The notes beneath the pieces were generated by a model, which searched no databases, was not told the origin of the DNA, and worked only from the letters and a program-made list of their open reading frames with translations. Both the position numbers and the translations under genes were made by a program. Positions 25,756-38,345 of a stretch of 64,000 bases of DNA are shown piece by piece. Position 1 is the first letter of the stretch. The number at the start of each line of letters is the position of its first letter. The DNA comes from Mobula hypostoma (taxonomy: Eukaryota), in the NCBI RefSeq assembly GCF_963921235.1, contig NC_086108.1, positions 90,956,001 to 91,020,000 of the forward strand, read 5' to 3'.

Positions 25756-26456
25756 ATTTCAAATAAACAGAAAGTTCCTGTGACCTGTGCTGTTAACTCC
25801 ACTGGGTGAGGCAGTGGAATTAATTATCAGAGCTTCTCGTAAAATTGAAGCCACAATGAATTTGCTGTATTAACACTGTTGTGATCATCACTGCCAGCAA
25901 TATTTAACCAGCACTTAGGTGAGCTAGCAGAGACATGACTTAGATTGATTTCTAATGACAACATTCTATCCTGAGTTTCAACAAGATCAATAAAGCACTG
26001 CCATAGTTAAGTGCTCAATGAACTTCACAGCAATATGTTTAGTATTCAAAGTTATGACTGTCAGACTGAAAAGTTAAAAAGCAACTTTCTGAAGTGGATA
26101 ACTTTGATCAAACAGTAGATCACATCATCACAGACTGCTATCAATACAAATTCAATGGAGATGAACTTCCTGTCCAAAAAGTGTAGTGTGTTGCTTATGA
26201 ACATTGAATTCAATTTATGAGTATTGCCCTAAACAAACTTTGACAAGCTTGTATAGGTGCACAGTGGGAAGTATCCTTACTGGTATGGAAACACCAATGT
26301 TCAAAAATGGAAAAGCCAACAAACGGTGGCAGATACAGCCTAGTCTATCACAGGAAAAGCCCTCCCCACCATTGAGTTCTTCTACAAGGAGCACTGCCAA
26401 AAGAAAGCAGCATCCATCATCAAGAACCCCCACCATCCAGACCAGGCTCTCTTCTT

Positions 26457-27008
26457 GATTGGGAGACTGCTTTGCTGAGCATGTTCCGCCAGAACAACTG
26501 GGACCTATCTCCCAATGACCACCCATTTTAATTCCACTTCCCATTCACATTCCTATATGTCCGTTCATGGCCTCATCCACTGTCGTGATGAGGCCACACT
26601 TAGGTTGGAGGAACAACACCTTATATTCCTCTTGGGTAGCCTCCAACCTGATGGCATGAACATTGGTTTCTCAAACTTCCAGTAATGTCCCACAACCCTC
26701 CCCCTTCCTTCTCCATTTCCCATCCCATTTTCCCTCTCTCACCTCATCTCACCAATCAACTTCCCAGCGCTTTACTTCATCCCTCCCCTTCCAGGTTTCC
26801 CCTATCGCCTGTTGGTTCTCTCTCCCCTCCCCCCCCCCCACCTTTTAAATCTGTTCCCCAGCTTTTTTTTTCTCCAGTCCTGCCGAAGGGTTTCAGCCCG
26901 AAATGTCAACTGTACTTTTTTCCATCGATGCTGCCTGGCCTGCTGAGTCCCTGCAGCATTTTGTGTGTGTTGCTAGGATTTCCAGCATCTGCAGATTTTC
27001 TCTTGTTC
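26457..27008 (+). mobile_element. Older Penelope-like 3' fragment (GIY-YIG end plus terminal region with degenerate hammerhead)
   Basis: ttggaggaacaacaccttatattcc..ttgggtagcctccaacctgatggcatgaacattg matches the other copies; flanked by GCTCTCTTCTT / GCTCTCTCCTT. Confidence 0.8.
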
Positions 27009-27238
27009 ATGCTCTCTCCTTGTAATCGCCATCGGGAATGAGGTACAGGAGCCATAGGTCCCACACCACTTGGTTGAGGAACAGTTATTACCCTTCAACC
27101 ATCAGACTCCTGAACCAGCGTGGGTAACTTCACTCACCTCAACTCTGAACTGATCACACCGAACACAATGTATGGACGCACTTTCAAGGACTTTACAACT
27201 CATGTTCCCAGCATTATTTGTTTATTTGTTATTGACTA

Positions 27239-27380
27239 AGTTAGTCCTGACGAAGGGTCTCGGCCTGAAACGTCGACTGCACCTCTTCCTAGAGATGCTG
27301 CCTGGCCTGCTGCGTTCACCAGCAACTTTGATGTGTGTTGCTTGAATTTCCAGCATCTGCAAAATTCCTCGTGTTTACGC
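27239..27380 (+). mobile_element. Short Penelope terminal unit (hammerhead plus long tail)
   Basis: Near-identical to the termini at 8349-8451 and 45848-45952; inserted in a (TTTG/TTTA)n tract. Confidence 0.85.
27243..27278 (+). ncRNA. Minimal type-I hammerhead ribozyme motif, core intact
   Basis: AGUC-CUGACGA-AGGGUCUCGGCCU-GAAA-CGUC^GACU; predicted cleavage after 27274. Confidence 0.75.
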
Positions 27381-28124
27381 TATTTATTTGTTTGTTTGTT
27401 TGTTTTGTCTTTGTTTTTGCACATTGATTGCTTGTCAGTTTTTGTTTCTGTGTAGTTTTTCATGGATTCTATTGTATTTCTTTGTTTAGCTGTGAAAGCC
27501 TGCAAGAAAATGAATCTCAGAGTAGTATATAGTGATGTATAGGTACTTTGATAATAAATTTATTTTATTTATTAATGAGACACAGCACAGAATAGGTGCT
27601 TCCAGCCCTTTGAGCCATGCTGCCCAGCAACCTCCTGATTTAATCCTACTATAATCACAGGACAATTTACAATGACCAATTAACCAACCAACCGGTATGT
27701 CTTTGAACTACGAACTTTGAATTTTGCTCGGGCTGACTGTCTAATTCAATTTCTCCTGAACTGGAATTCCCAGCACCTACTAAACAGTTCTCTGGAATAA
27801 TCCACAAACTGAAGATGCAGCAGTAAGTCAGTCATCAGTGAGTTTCAGGTGAGGGAGCCTGAAAAACTGCACCATTCTTATTTCAGATGCACTCCAATAC
27901 TATCTAAAGGGTGAGGAGGAGATGGTTTTCCCGTAAACACTTGATATTTTACCCCTAATCTACAAAGAATTATTTGCAGTGCTTGGGAAGTGAACAAGTG
28001 AGTTGCATCACTAAAACAAAATTGTTCTGACACATTTGCAGCTTTGTCTGGTATACTTACTTTTGGATTGCATAGTTAATTTACAGGAACTGTGGGGGAA
28101 ATTTCAGACCAGTGTTATTTTATA

Positions 28125-28880
28125 ATATAGAACATAGAACAGTACAGCCCAGTACAGGCATTTCAGCCCACAATGTTGTACCGACCTTTTAGCCTGCTGT
28201 AAGATCAATCTAACCCTTCCCTCCCGTGTAGCCCTCCACATTTCTTTTTCCCATGTGCTGATCTAAAGGTCATACCACTAATGTACCCCGCACTGCTCTA
28301 GCACCTTTGAGTCTTTGTGTTAAAAATCTACCTCAGACATCCCCCCTATACTTTCCTCCAATCACCTTAAAATTATGCCCTCTCATATTAGCCATTTCCA
28401 CCCCGGGAAGAGTATCTCTGGCTGCTCACTGCATTGATACCTGTGATCACCTTGTATGCCTCTATTAAGTCACCACTCATCCTCTTTCACTCCAAAGCAA
28501 AAAGCCCCAGTTCACTCAATCTATCCTCATAAGATATGCTCTCCAATCTAGGCAGTATCCTGGTAAATCTTCTTTGCTCCCTCTCTAAAGCCTCCACATC
28601 CTTCCTATAATAAAGTGACCAGAACTGAACACAATATTCCAAGTGTGGTCTAACCAGAATTTTATTGAGCTGCAAAATTACCTCACAGCTCTTGAGCTTA
28701 ATCCCCTGACTAAGGAAGGCCAACACACCATTTTCCTTTTTAACCACCCTATCAACTTGCATGACAACACTGGATGTGGATGCCAAGATTCCTCAGATCC
28801 TCAACAATGCTAAGAATCAAGCCATTAACCCTGTATCTTGCCTTCACATTTGACCTTCCAAAGTCACTTCACACTTCTAT
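28125..28880 (-). mobile_element. CR1 3' fragment
   Basis: ORF 28487-28786 LVRPHLEYCVQFWS..; tail revcomp of tagaacatagaac. Confidence 0.85.
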
Positions 28881-30690
28881 CCCCTATTAAGAAGACTTTA
28901 AAATGCTCTGCTTCTTTCCCAACAAAAGAATCAACCAGTTCACCTTCACAGCCACCCTCCTCCATCTGGCAGGACTGGTCCTCGCCCTCAAAAGTTTCTC
29001 CTTTGGCTCCTCCCACTTTCTCCATACTTAAGGTGTAGGCATAGCTATGCCATCCTTTTTGTTGGCTACGTAGAATATTCTGTATTCCCAGCCTTCTCTG
29101 GTAATGCTCTCCAAACCTTCATTCGCTACATTGTTGACGGCATTGGTGCTGCTTCATGCATCTATGCTGACATTGTCAATTTCATCAACCTTCCCTTTAA
29201 CTTTCACCCTGCCCTTAAATTCGCTCAGTCCATTTCTGACAACTCCCACCCCTTTCTCAATCTCTCTGCCTCCATCTCTGGAGACAAACTGTCTATCAAC
29301 ATCTTTTATAAACCTGCCAATTCTCATGCTAGCTTGACTATACCTCCTCCCACACTTTCTCCTGTAAAAATGACATTCCCTTTCTTAGTTCCCACCACAT
29401 CTGTTGACAGGATGAGGCCTTACTTTCTTGGACTTCAGAGATGTCCTCCTCCTTCAAAAAACGGGGTTTCACTTCCTCCACCATTGATCTGCCTTCATCC
29501 ACATCTCCTCCACTTCCCAGATATGAAGGTGGTGCGCAAGTGGAACAGGTCAAAAGCTTTAAGTTCCTCTGGGTCAATATCACAAATGACCTGACTTGGT
29601 CCAACCAAGCAGAGTCCACTGCCAAGAAGGCCCACCAGTGCCTTTACTTCCTGAGAAAACTAAAGAAATTTGGCCAGTCCCCTAAAACCCTCACTAATTT
29701 TTATAGATGCACCGTAGAAAGCATTCTTCTAGGGTGCTTCACAACCTGGTATGGAAGTTGTCCTGTCGAAGACTGGAAGAAGCTGCAGAAGATCGTGAAC
29801 ACGGCGCAGCACATCACACAAACCAATCTTCAGTCCTTGGACTCACTTTACATTGCACGCTGTCGGAGCAGTGCTGCCAGGATAATCAAGGACACAATCC
29901 ATCCAACAAACACACTTTTCGTCCCTCTTCCCTCCGGAAGAAGTCTCAGGAGCTTGAAGACTCGTCCAGCCAGATTTGGGAACAGCTTCTTTCCAACTGT
30001 GATAAGACTGCTGAACGGATCCTGACCCGGATCTGGGCCGTACCCTCCAAATATCTGGACCTGCATCTCGGTTTTTTTTGCATAACCTTACTTTACATTT
30101 TTCTATTTTCTATTTATGATTTATAATTTAAATTGTTAATATTTACTATCAATTTGTACTCCAGGGAGCGGGAAGCGCAGAATCAAATATCGCTATGATG
30201 ATTGTATGTTCTAGTATTAATTGTTTGGTGACAATAAAGTATGAAGTATATATCTGCACTCTCCACATCTTCCCACTTCCATCACAGGGATAGAGTTCCT
30301 TTTGTCATCACCTGCCCCACCACATGAACCTTTGCATCCAACACATTCTTCTCTGCAATTTTCGCCATCTACAAAGGGATCCTACCACCAAATACATCTT
30401 TACCTATCTCCTCTTTCTGCTCTCCGCTTTCTGCAGGGATCACTTCTTCCATGACTCCTTTGTCCATTCATCCCTCCCCACTAATCTCCCTCCTGGCACT
30501 TAATCCTGCAAGCAACCAAAGTGCTACACCTACCCATTCACCTCCATTCAGGGCCCCAAACAGTCCTTCCAGGTGAGACAACACTTCACTTGTGAATCCG
30601 TTGGGATTGTATCTGGTGTTCCTGATGCAACCTCCTCGTTGTAAATTGGGGGACCACCTTGTCAAACTCCATTAACCAAAAGCATAATTT
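28881..30690 (+). mobile_element. Old Penelope-like element split by a young Rex insertion
   Basis: Decayed RYI.DGIG RT and GTYPCK..KCYT linker; sequence is colinear across the 29528-30250 insertion. Confidence 0.72.
29528..30250 (+). mobile_element. Young Rex/Babar-clade LINE 3' copy
   Basis: ORF from GAQVEQVKSFKFL to RLLNGS and a UTR nearly identical to 6228-6980; a tail-only copy lies on the minus strand at about 38692-38767. Confidence 0.87.
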
Positions 30691-30922
30691 CCCTTCTCTT
30701 CTATGTGAGATATGGCCTGTTCCTCACAAAGCCATGCTGACTATCCCTAATCAGACTATGTTTCTCCAAATGCTCCTAACCCACCCATCTACTTCCTCTT
30801 AGATGATAAACCTTGATCATCTGTATCTGCATTCATACATTAATCTAATATTATGACTATTTGAACTTGCTCCTCTACCACTTTTGCTTCTTGTGAAATC
30901 AAGAACATTAATCCATCAAATA

Positions 30923-33900
30923 CATAGAAAGATAGAAAATCTACAGCCCAATACAGGCCCTTCAGCCCACAATGCTGTGCTCAACATGTACTTACTTTGC
31001 AGTTAAGATGTTTTTTCTGCCGAAATTTCTATATATATTTCAGGCATTACTGATTTTTGTTCCAAAATCTTTTTTTGTTAAAGTTGACTCTATTATTGGG
31101 CAATTAATATTCGACATATGAAATTTTGGTTACTTGACCAGAATATACTATCCATTACTAAATGGGTAGCATTGAATTACAATCTGTTCAGGGTTATACT
31201 TTTGGCTCTATTTTAGGTTCCTCTCTTCCTTTTGATTTGAAACGCCTCAAACATGTATCTAACCCGATAGTTAAATATACCTTACGTATTTGGTTTCAAT
31301 TCAGGAAATTTTTTGATCTTAACCAATTTGGGCTAGTGATTCCTATTTTAGGTAACATTTTTTCCTCCCTCTTTTACGGATCATGCTTTTCAAATTTGGA
31401 AGACTAAGGGTATTTCACGGTTTTTGGATTTATTTTTAGATGGTTCCTTTATGTCTTTTGAACAATTATCTAATAAATATAATTTATCAAGAATACATTT
31501 TCTTAGATATCTACAAGTTAGAAATTTCCCAAGTACTATACTTTCTTCTTTTCCAATGCTTCCTCCTACATACATTTTAGATACTACAATTAACCTTAAT
31601 CCATGTCAGAAAGGTGCATCGGCTATGATTTATAATATTATTATGAAACTTAGGAAAGCTCCATTTGATAAGATTAGGGTAGATTGGGAACAGGAATTGG
31701 GGTCTATCATTTCCGTGGATGACTGGGGGCAGATTTTACAATTAGTCAATACTTCCTCTATCTGTGCTAAACATTCCCTAATTCAATTTAAAGTTGTTCA
31801 TAGAGCACATATGTCCAAAGATAAATTAGCTTGCTTTTATTCTCATATTAATCCTTTTTGTGATAGATGTACGGGGCAGATAGCCTCTTTAACTCATATG
31901 TTTTAGTCTTGTCCTACTCTGGAAACTTTTTGGAGAGACATTTTTAATATTATCTCAAAGGTATTGAATATAGATATCTCTCCTCACCCTATTACTGCTA
32001 TCTTTGGACTACCTAAAATTTCCAGTAATCTTTCTCCTTCAGCCCGTAGAATGATTGCATTTCTTACTTTAATGGCGAAAAGATGTATCTTACAACATTG
32101 GAAAGAGCTTAATGCTCCATCTACCTTTTTTTGTTTTTTTCAGACGATATTATGCTTGAATTTGGAGAAAATTAGAAGCAATCTTTATGATTCCTCACTT
32201 AAATTTGAACAGACCTGGAGATCTTTTATTCAATATTTTCATTTAATGTAATTTTTTTTCTTCTTCTCTTTTTTGCTCCATATTTATATACCCTTCTTGT
32301 TTTTTTTTTACTGTTTTTAATGAGGTCGGGTTTGAGGACGTGATTTTAAGGTCTTTAACTCTATTTGGTTCCAAGTTAGCCCATTGCTTTGCTTTGCTTT
32401 TAGTTAGTTGCACGGTGGGTTTTTTTGGGTTTTTTTTTTCCTTTTCTCTATTGATAGATATATATATATAAAATTAGTATACTATTATGTTACCTTAGTA
32501 TGTTATGTTTAAATTACATTGTTTATATCACTTTTTTTTCTGTATTAATATCTCCTGTAATTTTATTATATTCTAACAGTGTATTAGTGCCTATATGGCT
32601 TACCTTTTTGTATACTTATTCAATAAAAAGATTTAAAAAGAAAAGAACATGTACTTACTTTAGAAATTACCTAGTGCCACCCATAGCCCTCTATTTTTCT
32701 AAGCTCCATGTACCTATCCAGGAATCTCTTAAAAGACCCTATCGTATCTGCCTCCACCACTGCCGCCAGCAGCCCATTCCATACACTGACCACTCTCTGC
32801 ATAAAAAAAAACTTACCCCTACCATCTCCTCTGTACCTACTTCCAAAGACCTTAAAACTGTGCCCTCTTGTGTTAGCCATTTCAGCCCTGGGAAAAAGCC
32901 TCTGATTATCCACACGATCAATCCCCCTCATCATCTTATACACCTCTATCAAGTCACCCTCATCCTCCGTCGCTCCAAGGAGAAAAGGCCAAGTTCACTC
33001 AACCTATTCTCATAAGGCATGCTCCCCAATCCTAGTAATATCTTTGTAAATCTCCTCTGCACCCTTTCTATGGTTTCCACGTCCTTCCTGTAGTGAGGCG
33101 ACCAGAATTGAGCACAGTACTCCAAGTGGGGTCTGACCAGGGTCCTATATAGCTGTAACATTACCTCTAGATCCTTAAACTCAATCCCACAGTTGATGAA
33201 AGCCAATGCACCTTATGACTTCTTAACCACAGAGTCAACCTGCGTAGCAGCTTTGTGTGTCCGATGGACTTGGACCCCCAAGATCCCTTTGAACCTCCAC
33301 ACTGCCAAGAGTCTTACCATTAATACTATATTCTGCCATCATGTTTGACCCACCAAAATGAAACATCTCACACTTTTTCTCGGTTGAACTCCATCTGCCA
33401 CTTCTGAGCCCAGTTTTGCATTCTATCAATATCCCGCTGTAACATCTGACAGCCCTCCACATTATCCACAACACCCCCAAACTTTGTATCATCAGCAAAT
33501 TTACTAACCCATCCCTCTACTTCCTCATCCAGATCATTTATAAAAATCATGAAGAATAGGGGTCCCAGAACAGATCCCTGTGGCACACCGCTGGTGATTG
33601 ACCTCCATGCAGAATATGACCCGTCTACAACCACTCTTTGCCTTCTGTGGGCAAGCCAGTTCTGGATCCACAAAGCAATGTCCCCTTGGATCCTATGTCT
33701 CCTTACTTTCTCAATAAGCCTTGCATGGGGTACCTTATCAAATGCCTTGCTGAAATCTATATACACTGCATCTACTGCTCTTCCTTCATCAATGTGTTTA
33801 GTCATATCCTCAAAAAATTCAATCAGGTTTGTAAAGCATGACCTGCCTTTGACATGCTTACTATTCCTAATCATATTATGCCTCTCCAAATGTTCATAAA

Positions 33901-34068
33901 TCCTGCCTCTCAGGATCTTTTCCATAAACTTACCAACCACTGAAGTAAGACTCACTGGTCTATAATTTCCTGGGCTATCTCTACTTCCTTTCTTGAATAA
34001 GGGAACAACATCCGCAACCCTCCAATCCTCCAGAATCTCTCCCATTCCCATTGATGATGCAATGATCA
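30923..34068 (-). mobile_element. Young CR1 LINE (RT domain to tail) interrupted by an L1
   Basis: ORF 33368-34102 with NYRPVSLTS, DFSKAFDKVPH, GVPQGSVLGP, FADDTK; its 3' tail (30923-30998) is separated by the L1 insertion. Confidence 0.92.
30999..32645 (+). mobile_element. 5'-truncated L1-clade LINE
   Basis: AVKMFFLPKFLYIFQAL-like start, C-terminal zinc knuckle CDRC..ASLTHMF, T-rich 3' UTR, AATAAA and A-rich tail; perfect 16-bp TSD AACATGTACTTACTTT at 30983-30998 and 32646-32661. Confidence 0.88.
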
Positions 34069-34672
34069 ATATATAGTTCCCATTCATGATCGCTGCTTGC
34101 AATTTAGGAAAAGTCTAACTAGATTTTGGGAAATTGCTGAGAATAGACTTGTTAAATTTACCATGTCAACTTCAAATACAGTAATCATTTTAGAATACAA
34201 GACATTTTGGCTCTGGTATGGTGACTTATAGTTCAATATGAAGTGAATATAGTGTGTAATTTAGTGCAGTACCCAAACTCCCCATAAAAGTGTGAACTTA
34301 TTGGCACATTGATTTGAAGAGAATGAATGTAATTAATTTTTGGTCACTGGGATCTGTCACCATAAAAAAAACAATTGAAGTCAGAAACACAAACAACAAT
34401 TGAAGTCAAAAGGGTAGTTTAGCATATTTTTCACAATAGGATAGGAATTCTTTGTGACTTCTGGTTCCATGGAAGTATCACAACCATTACACCTCTGAAT
34501 TGAACAGCTTGGTGCTATTGACCAAAGACTAATTTCCACATTAATCATTGTGCTGTGCTATTGTAATATATGGGAAATATATCCTAAGGGTACATTTACC
34601 ATAACAATGCTTTGCAGAGTCCCTGAGTTTTTCTGGAATGAAGAACTGAAGGCAAAATAATGGCTTTAAACT

Positions 34673-36749
34673 GATGGTGGTGGCATCTGTTAGTCTCGCG
34701 AGACCATGGATCTGCGCCTGGAAAGTCTTGCTTCAGTCTGTGTTAGAGTGGCGTCTGTTGTGGCTGTAGAGGCCCACACGGGAGTGACAGTCTCGGCTGC
34801 AGCGACTGCACTTGAAGGCGCTGCCCTCCAGTGTTGTCTTGGTGCTGTTTTTCCGACAAGTGTGCTTTTCTTCAGCAGCAAGCCTCAGCTTCTCTTCTCT
34901 TTTTAGACCACTGCGTAGTTCTAGCCTCCAGTGAGAGCCATCGCTTGTGATGTCTTCCCACCTCTCGACGTTCATTTTCAGTGACTTCATGTCTCTCTTG
35001 CAAACGTCTTTGAAACGAAGATGGGGCCACCCTTGTGCTCTCTTGCCGGAGGCCAGTTCCCTGTATAGCAGGTCTTACGGCATCCTCCTGTCTGACATGC
35101 AGTGTACGTGGCCCAGACAGCAGAGACGGCGTCGTTGGAGCAGGGTGAAGAGTCTGGGTATCTGGGCGTGGGCCAGGACCGCATTGTTGGTAACTCGGTC
35201 AGTCCACATGATGTCCAGGATGCGCCTGAGACTGCGAAGGTGGAAGGCGTTGAGACGACTCTCTTGTCTGTAGTAGAGGCTCCAGGTCTCGCTGCCGTAA
35301 AGCAGTGTGCTGAGGACGCAGGCCCTGTAGACTGCAACTTTGGTGTGTGTTGTCAGCTTTCTGTTCTCCCAGACTCTGTTTGTCAGCTTGGCAAATGTTG
35401 AGGCTGCTCGTCCGATCCGTCTGTTGATCTCAGGGTCTAGGGCAAGACTGTCCATGATGGTGGAGCCAAGGTATGTAAACTCGTGGACTACCTCCAGCTC
35501 GTAGTCGTAGATGGTGATGGCAGGGGGGTGCTCATCGCCTTGGCCCAACATGTTGGTCTTCTTCAGGCTGATGGTCAAGCTGAAGTCCTGGAAGGCTCTT
35601 GAGAAGCTGTCCATGAGGCGTTGTAGTTGCTCTTCAGAGTGTGTTGCCAGTGCCGCGTCATCCTGCAAACAACGTGTCCCTGATGAGTACTTCGCGAACC
35701 TTGGTTTTTGCCCTCAGCCGGAACAGGCTGAACAGCCTCCTGTCCGATCTGGTGTGGAGGTAGACGCAATTAGTTGATGTTCCAAAGGCGTGTTTCAGCA
35801 TGACTGCGAAGAAGATGCCAAACAAGGTGGGGGCAAGCACACAGCCCTGCTTCACACCGCTGCGGACATTGAAGGCCTCCGAAGAAGAGCTGTCGAACTG
35901 AACGACGCCCTTCATATCTGTGAGGAATGACTGAACTATCCTGAGGAGCCTTGGGGGACAACCAATCCTGGCAAGGATTTTGAACAGGTCGTCTCTGCTC
36001 ACAAGGTCGAAGCCCTTCGTAAGGTCAATGAAAGCGACGTAGAGTGGTTGTCTTTGCTCTCTGCATTTCTCTTGTAGCTGTCGAAGGGAGATGATCATGT
36101 CGATCGTGGAGCGTTCTGACCTGAAACCGCACTGAGACTCGGGATATACCCTTTCAGCTATTTTCTGCAACCTGTTCAGGACCATGCGGGCGAAGACCTT
36201 CCCAACGATGCTCGGCAAGGAGATTCCCCTGTAGTTGTTACAGTTGCATCTGTCCCCTTTGTTCTTATACAGGGTGACAGTGTTGCAGTCTCTCATGTCT
36301 TGCGGCACTGCTCCCTCTATCCAGCACTGGCACGGTAGTTTGTGCAGGTGGTTTAGCAGGACGCCGTTTGCGCATTTGATGGCCTCTGGTGGAATGCCGT
36401 CCAATCCTGGTGCCTTCCCAGAGGGCAGGCTGTCGATGGCTTTACTCAGCTCTTCGGTAGTCGGCAATGCATCAAGTTCCTCCATGACAGGCAGGCATTC
36501 CACAGCATCTAGCGCACTGTCCGAGATGCTGTTTTCTCTGGAGAAGAGTTCAGAGTAGTGTTCCACCCATCTCTCCATCTGCTTGCCTTTGTCATTGATG
36601 GTCTCACCTGTTATGGTTTTCAATGGTGCTGTCTTGCTCTGGGTTGGCCCGATGGCTTTCTTGATCCCCTCATACACTCCACGGATGTTGCCTGTGTCAA
36701 ATGATGACTGAATGCTTTCGCATAGTTGTAGCCAGTAGTCATTAAACAA
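34673..36749 (-). mobile_element. Young 5'-truncated RTE-clade LINE
   Basis: ORFs 35658-36749, 35075-35668 and 34733-34990 join into one RT (NYRGISL, QCGFR, FIDLTKGFD, GVKQGCVLAP, FA/DDAAL, C-terminal CSRC..H). TSD CTTTAAACT at 34664-34672 and 36750-36758; short (CCA)n tail. Confidence 0.92.
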
Positions 36750-36964
36750 CTTTAAACTAAGTTATAATAATGGCTTAATGATCTAACCTCTGTATCACTG
36801 ATATGTTCCTTCAAGCTCTGCTTCGGGCTGGAGTACCTATGTTCCAGCTTGGCACAGTGCCAAGAGAATGCTGCCTTCTCAGTTATATTGAGTTGAGGAA
36901 GGGATATTGAACCAAGATTGCTGCTGCCCTCACCGATGGACATCAAGGAAACATCCATCCACAT

Positions 36965-37525
36965 TTGATAGATTGGGAGTTGAGATGTTATGTTGAAGTC
37001 GTATAGGACATTGGTGAGGGAAAATTTGCAATATTGTGTGCAGTTCTGATACCTACCTACAGAAATGATATCCAAAAAACTGAAAGAGTACAGTGAAATT
37101 TTACAAGGATTTTGTCAGGATTTGAGGACACGAGTTATCGGGAAAGGTTGAGGAGATTAGGACTTCATTCCCTGGAACATATGAGAGTATACGTAGACAG
37201 GGTAAATGCAAATAGGCTTTTTCCATTGACGTTGGGTAAGACTAAAACTAGAGGTTGTAGGTTAAGGGTGAAAGGTGAAATATTTAACAGGAAGCAGGAA
37301 AATTCTTCACTCACTGGGTGGAGTGTGGAATGAGCTGCCAATGGAAGTGGTAGATACAGAATCGATTATAACGTTTAAGAGAAGTTTGGTGAGTATGTGG
37401 ATGGGAGGGGTATGGAGGACAATGGTCCAGGTGCGTGTCAATTGGACTAGAGAGTGGTAGTCTGGCATGGACTGGATGGGCTGAAGGGCCTGTTTCTGTG
37501 CTGTACTGCTCTAATGACTCTACTT
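36965..37525 (+). mobile_element. Old CR1 3' fragment
   Basis: Decayed LYRTLVR..QYCVQF and 3' UTR gggctgaagggcctgtttctgtgctgta. Confidence 0.78.
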
Positions 37526-38059
37526 TCAACCAGCATCTCTTAAAAAATGCTCTGCTGGCTATGGGAGCACTTTGTGCACAAATTATTCACTGCATTACTT
37601 GCATTCCGATTGTGACCACCTTTAAGAAATGCTTCATTGGACTTGGGAATGCCTGGAGGAGATGTAAGTTTGATCTTTAGCACATTAAACATGCAGTTAA
37701 CAAATACGTAAAGATCTACAAAAGCATCAACAAGATAGTTTTGCACTTGAGCTTGCTTTTTCATTGTATTCTAAATTCTAAGTAAGAGATAGAATCAGAA
37801 ATCTTTACAAATGAATTCTGCTGAGGTAAGTAATAGGGATAGTGATTTAATGTTTTATATTTAGCCACACTGTAGACTGTAATGTTTGTTTATGTTTGTT
37901 AAGGATAGAATATATATACCAAGATAGGTGCTTAACCAAATTGGATTTCAAAAGAGGGGGCATTTAGTTTCGCTCTGTTTAACTTGTACCTTCCACACTG
38001 CAGCCTGATGGAAGGAAATGCTGAGGAAAGATATAGGGCCAATGCACCACTGGGAATAA

Positions 38060-38345
38060 GAAAATAGCTTGGGGCAGTCTAATTGTTGTGGTCACTACAA
38101 TATTCTAACTCTGCCACGGAGGGTCCCCAGTCCAGCTGCGAAAGGATGAGGGTTGGGTATACTGGCAACCCCATCCCGTAAAAATCCAATGCTACAGAAG
38201 CTCCATAAACCTCATTCCTGGGAGAGGAAGTATCCTTGAAAATTGGCTACATGTTGGGACAATTTGGGGCCCAGGTCAGATTATTCTGGTAAATAGCTGT
38301 CAATGGCCTATGCCCTATTAGGGGTGATGGGCTTAAGAAGAAAAA
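38060..38345 (+). mobile_element. Short non-autonomous RTE-X-like retroposon
   Basis: gagggttggg..gcaaccccatcccgtaaaaa followed by tggcctatgcc..ggggtgatgggc and an (AAG)n tail; family recognised from motifs only. Confidence 0.4.

Larger units (their letters stand above)
26215..27570 (+). mobile_element. Decayed Rex/Babar-like 3' fragment split by two Penelope-derived insertions
   Basis: LYRCTVGSILT and KKAASIIKNPHHP-like coding remnant resumes at about 27011 after the insertion. Confidence 0.65.

Noticed and set aside
29441..30025. 194-aa Penelope-Rex fusion ORF as a chimeric gene
   Set aside because: Chance in-frame junction at a TE-in-TE insertion; no promoter or splice evidence.
35102..36558. 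Plus-strand ORFs overlapping the RTE
   Set aside because: Antisense shadow ORFs of a GC-rich coding sequence.
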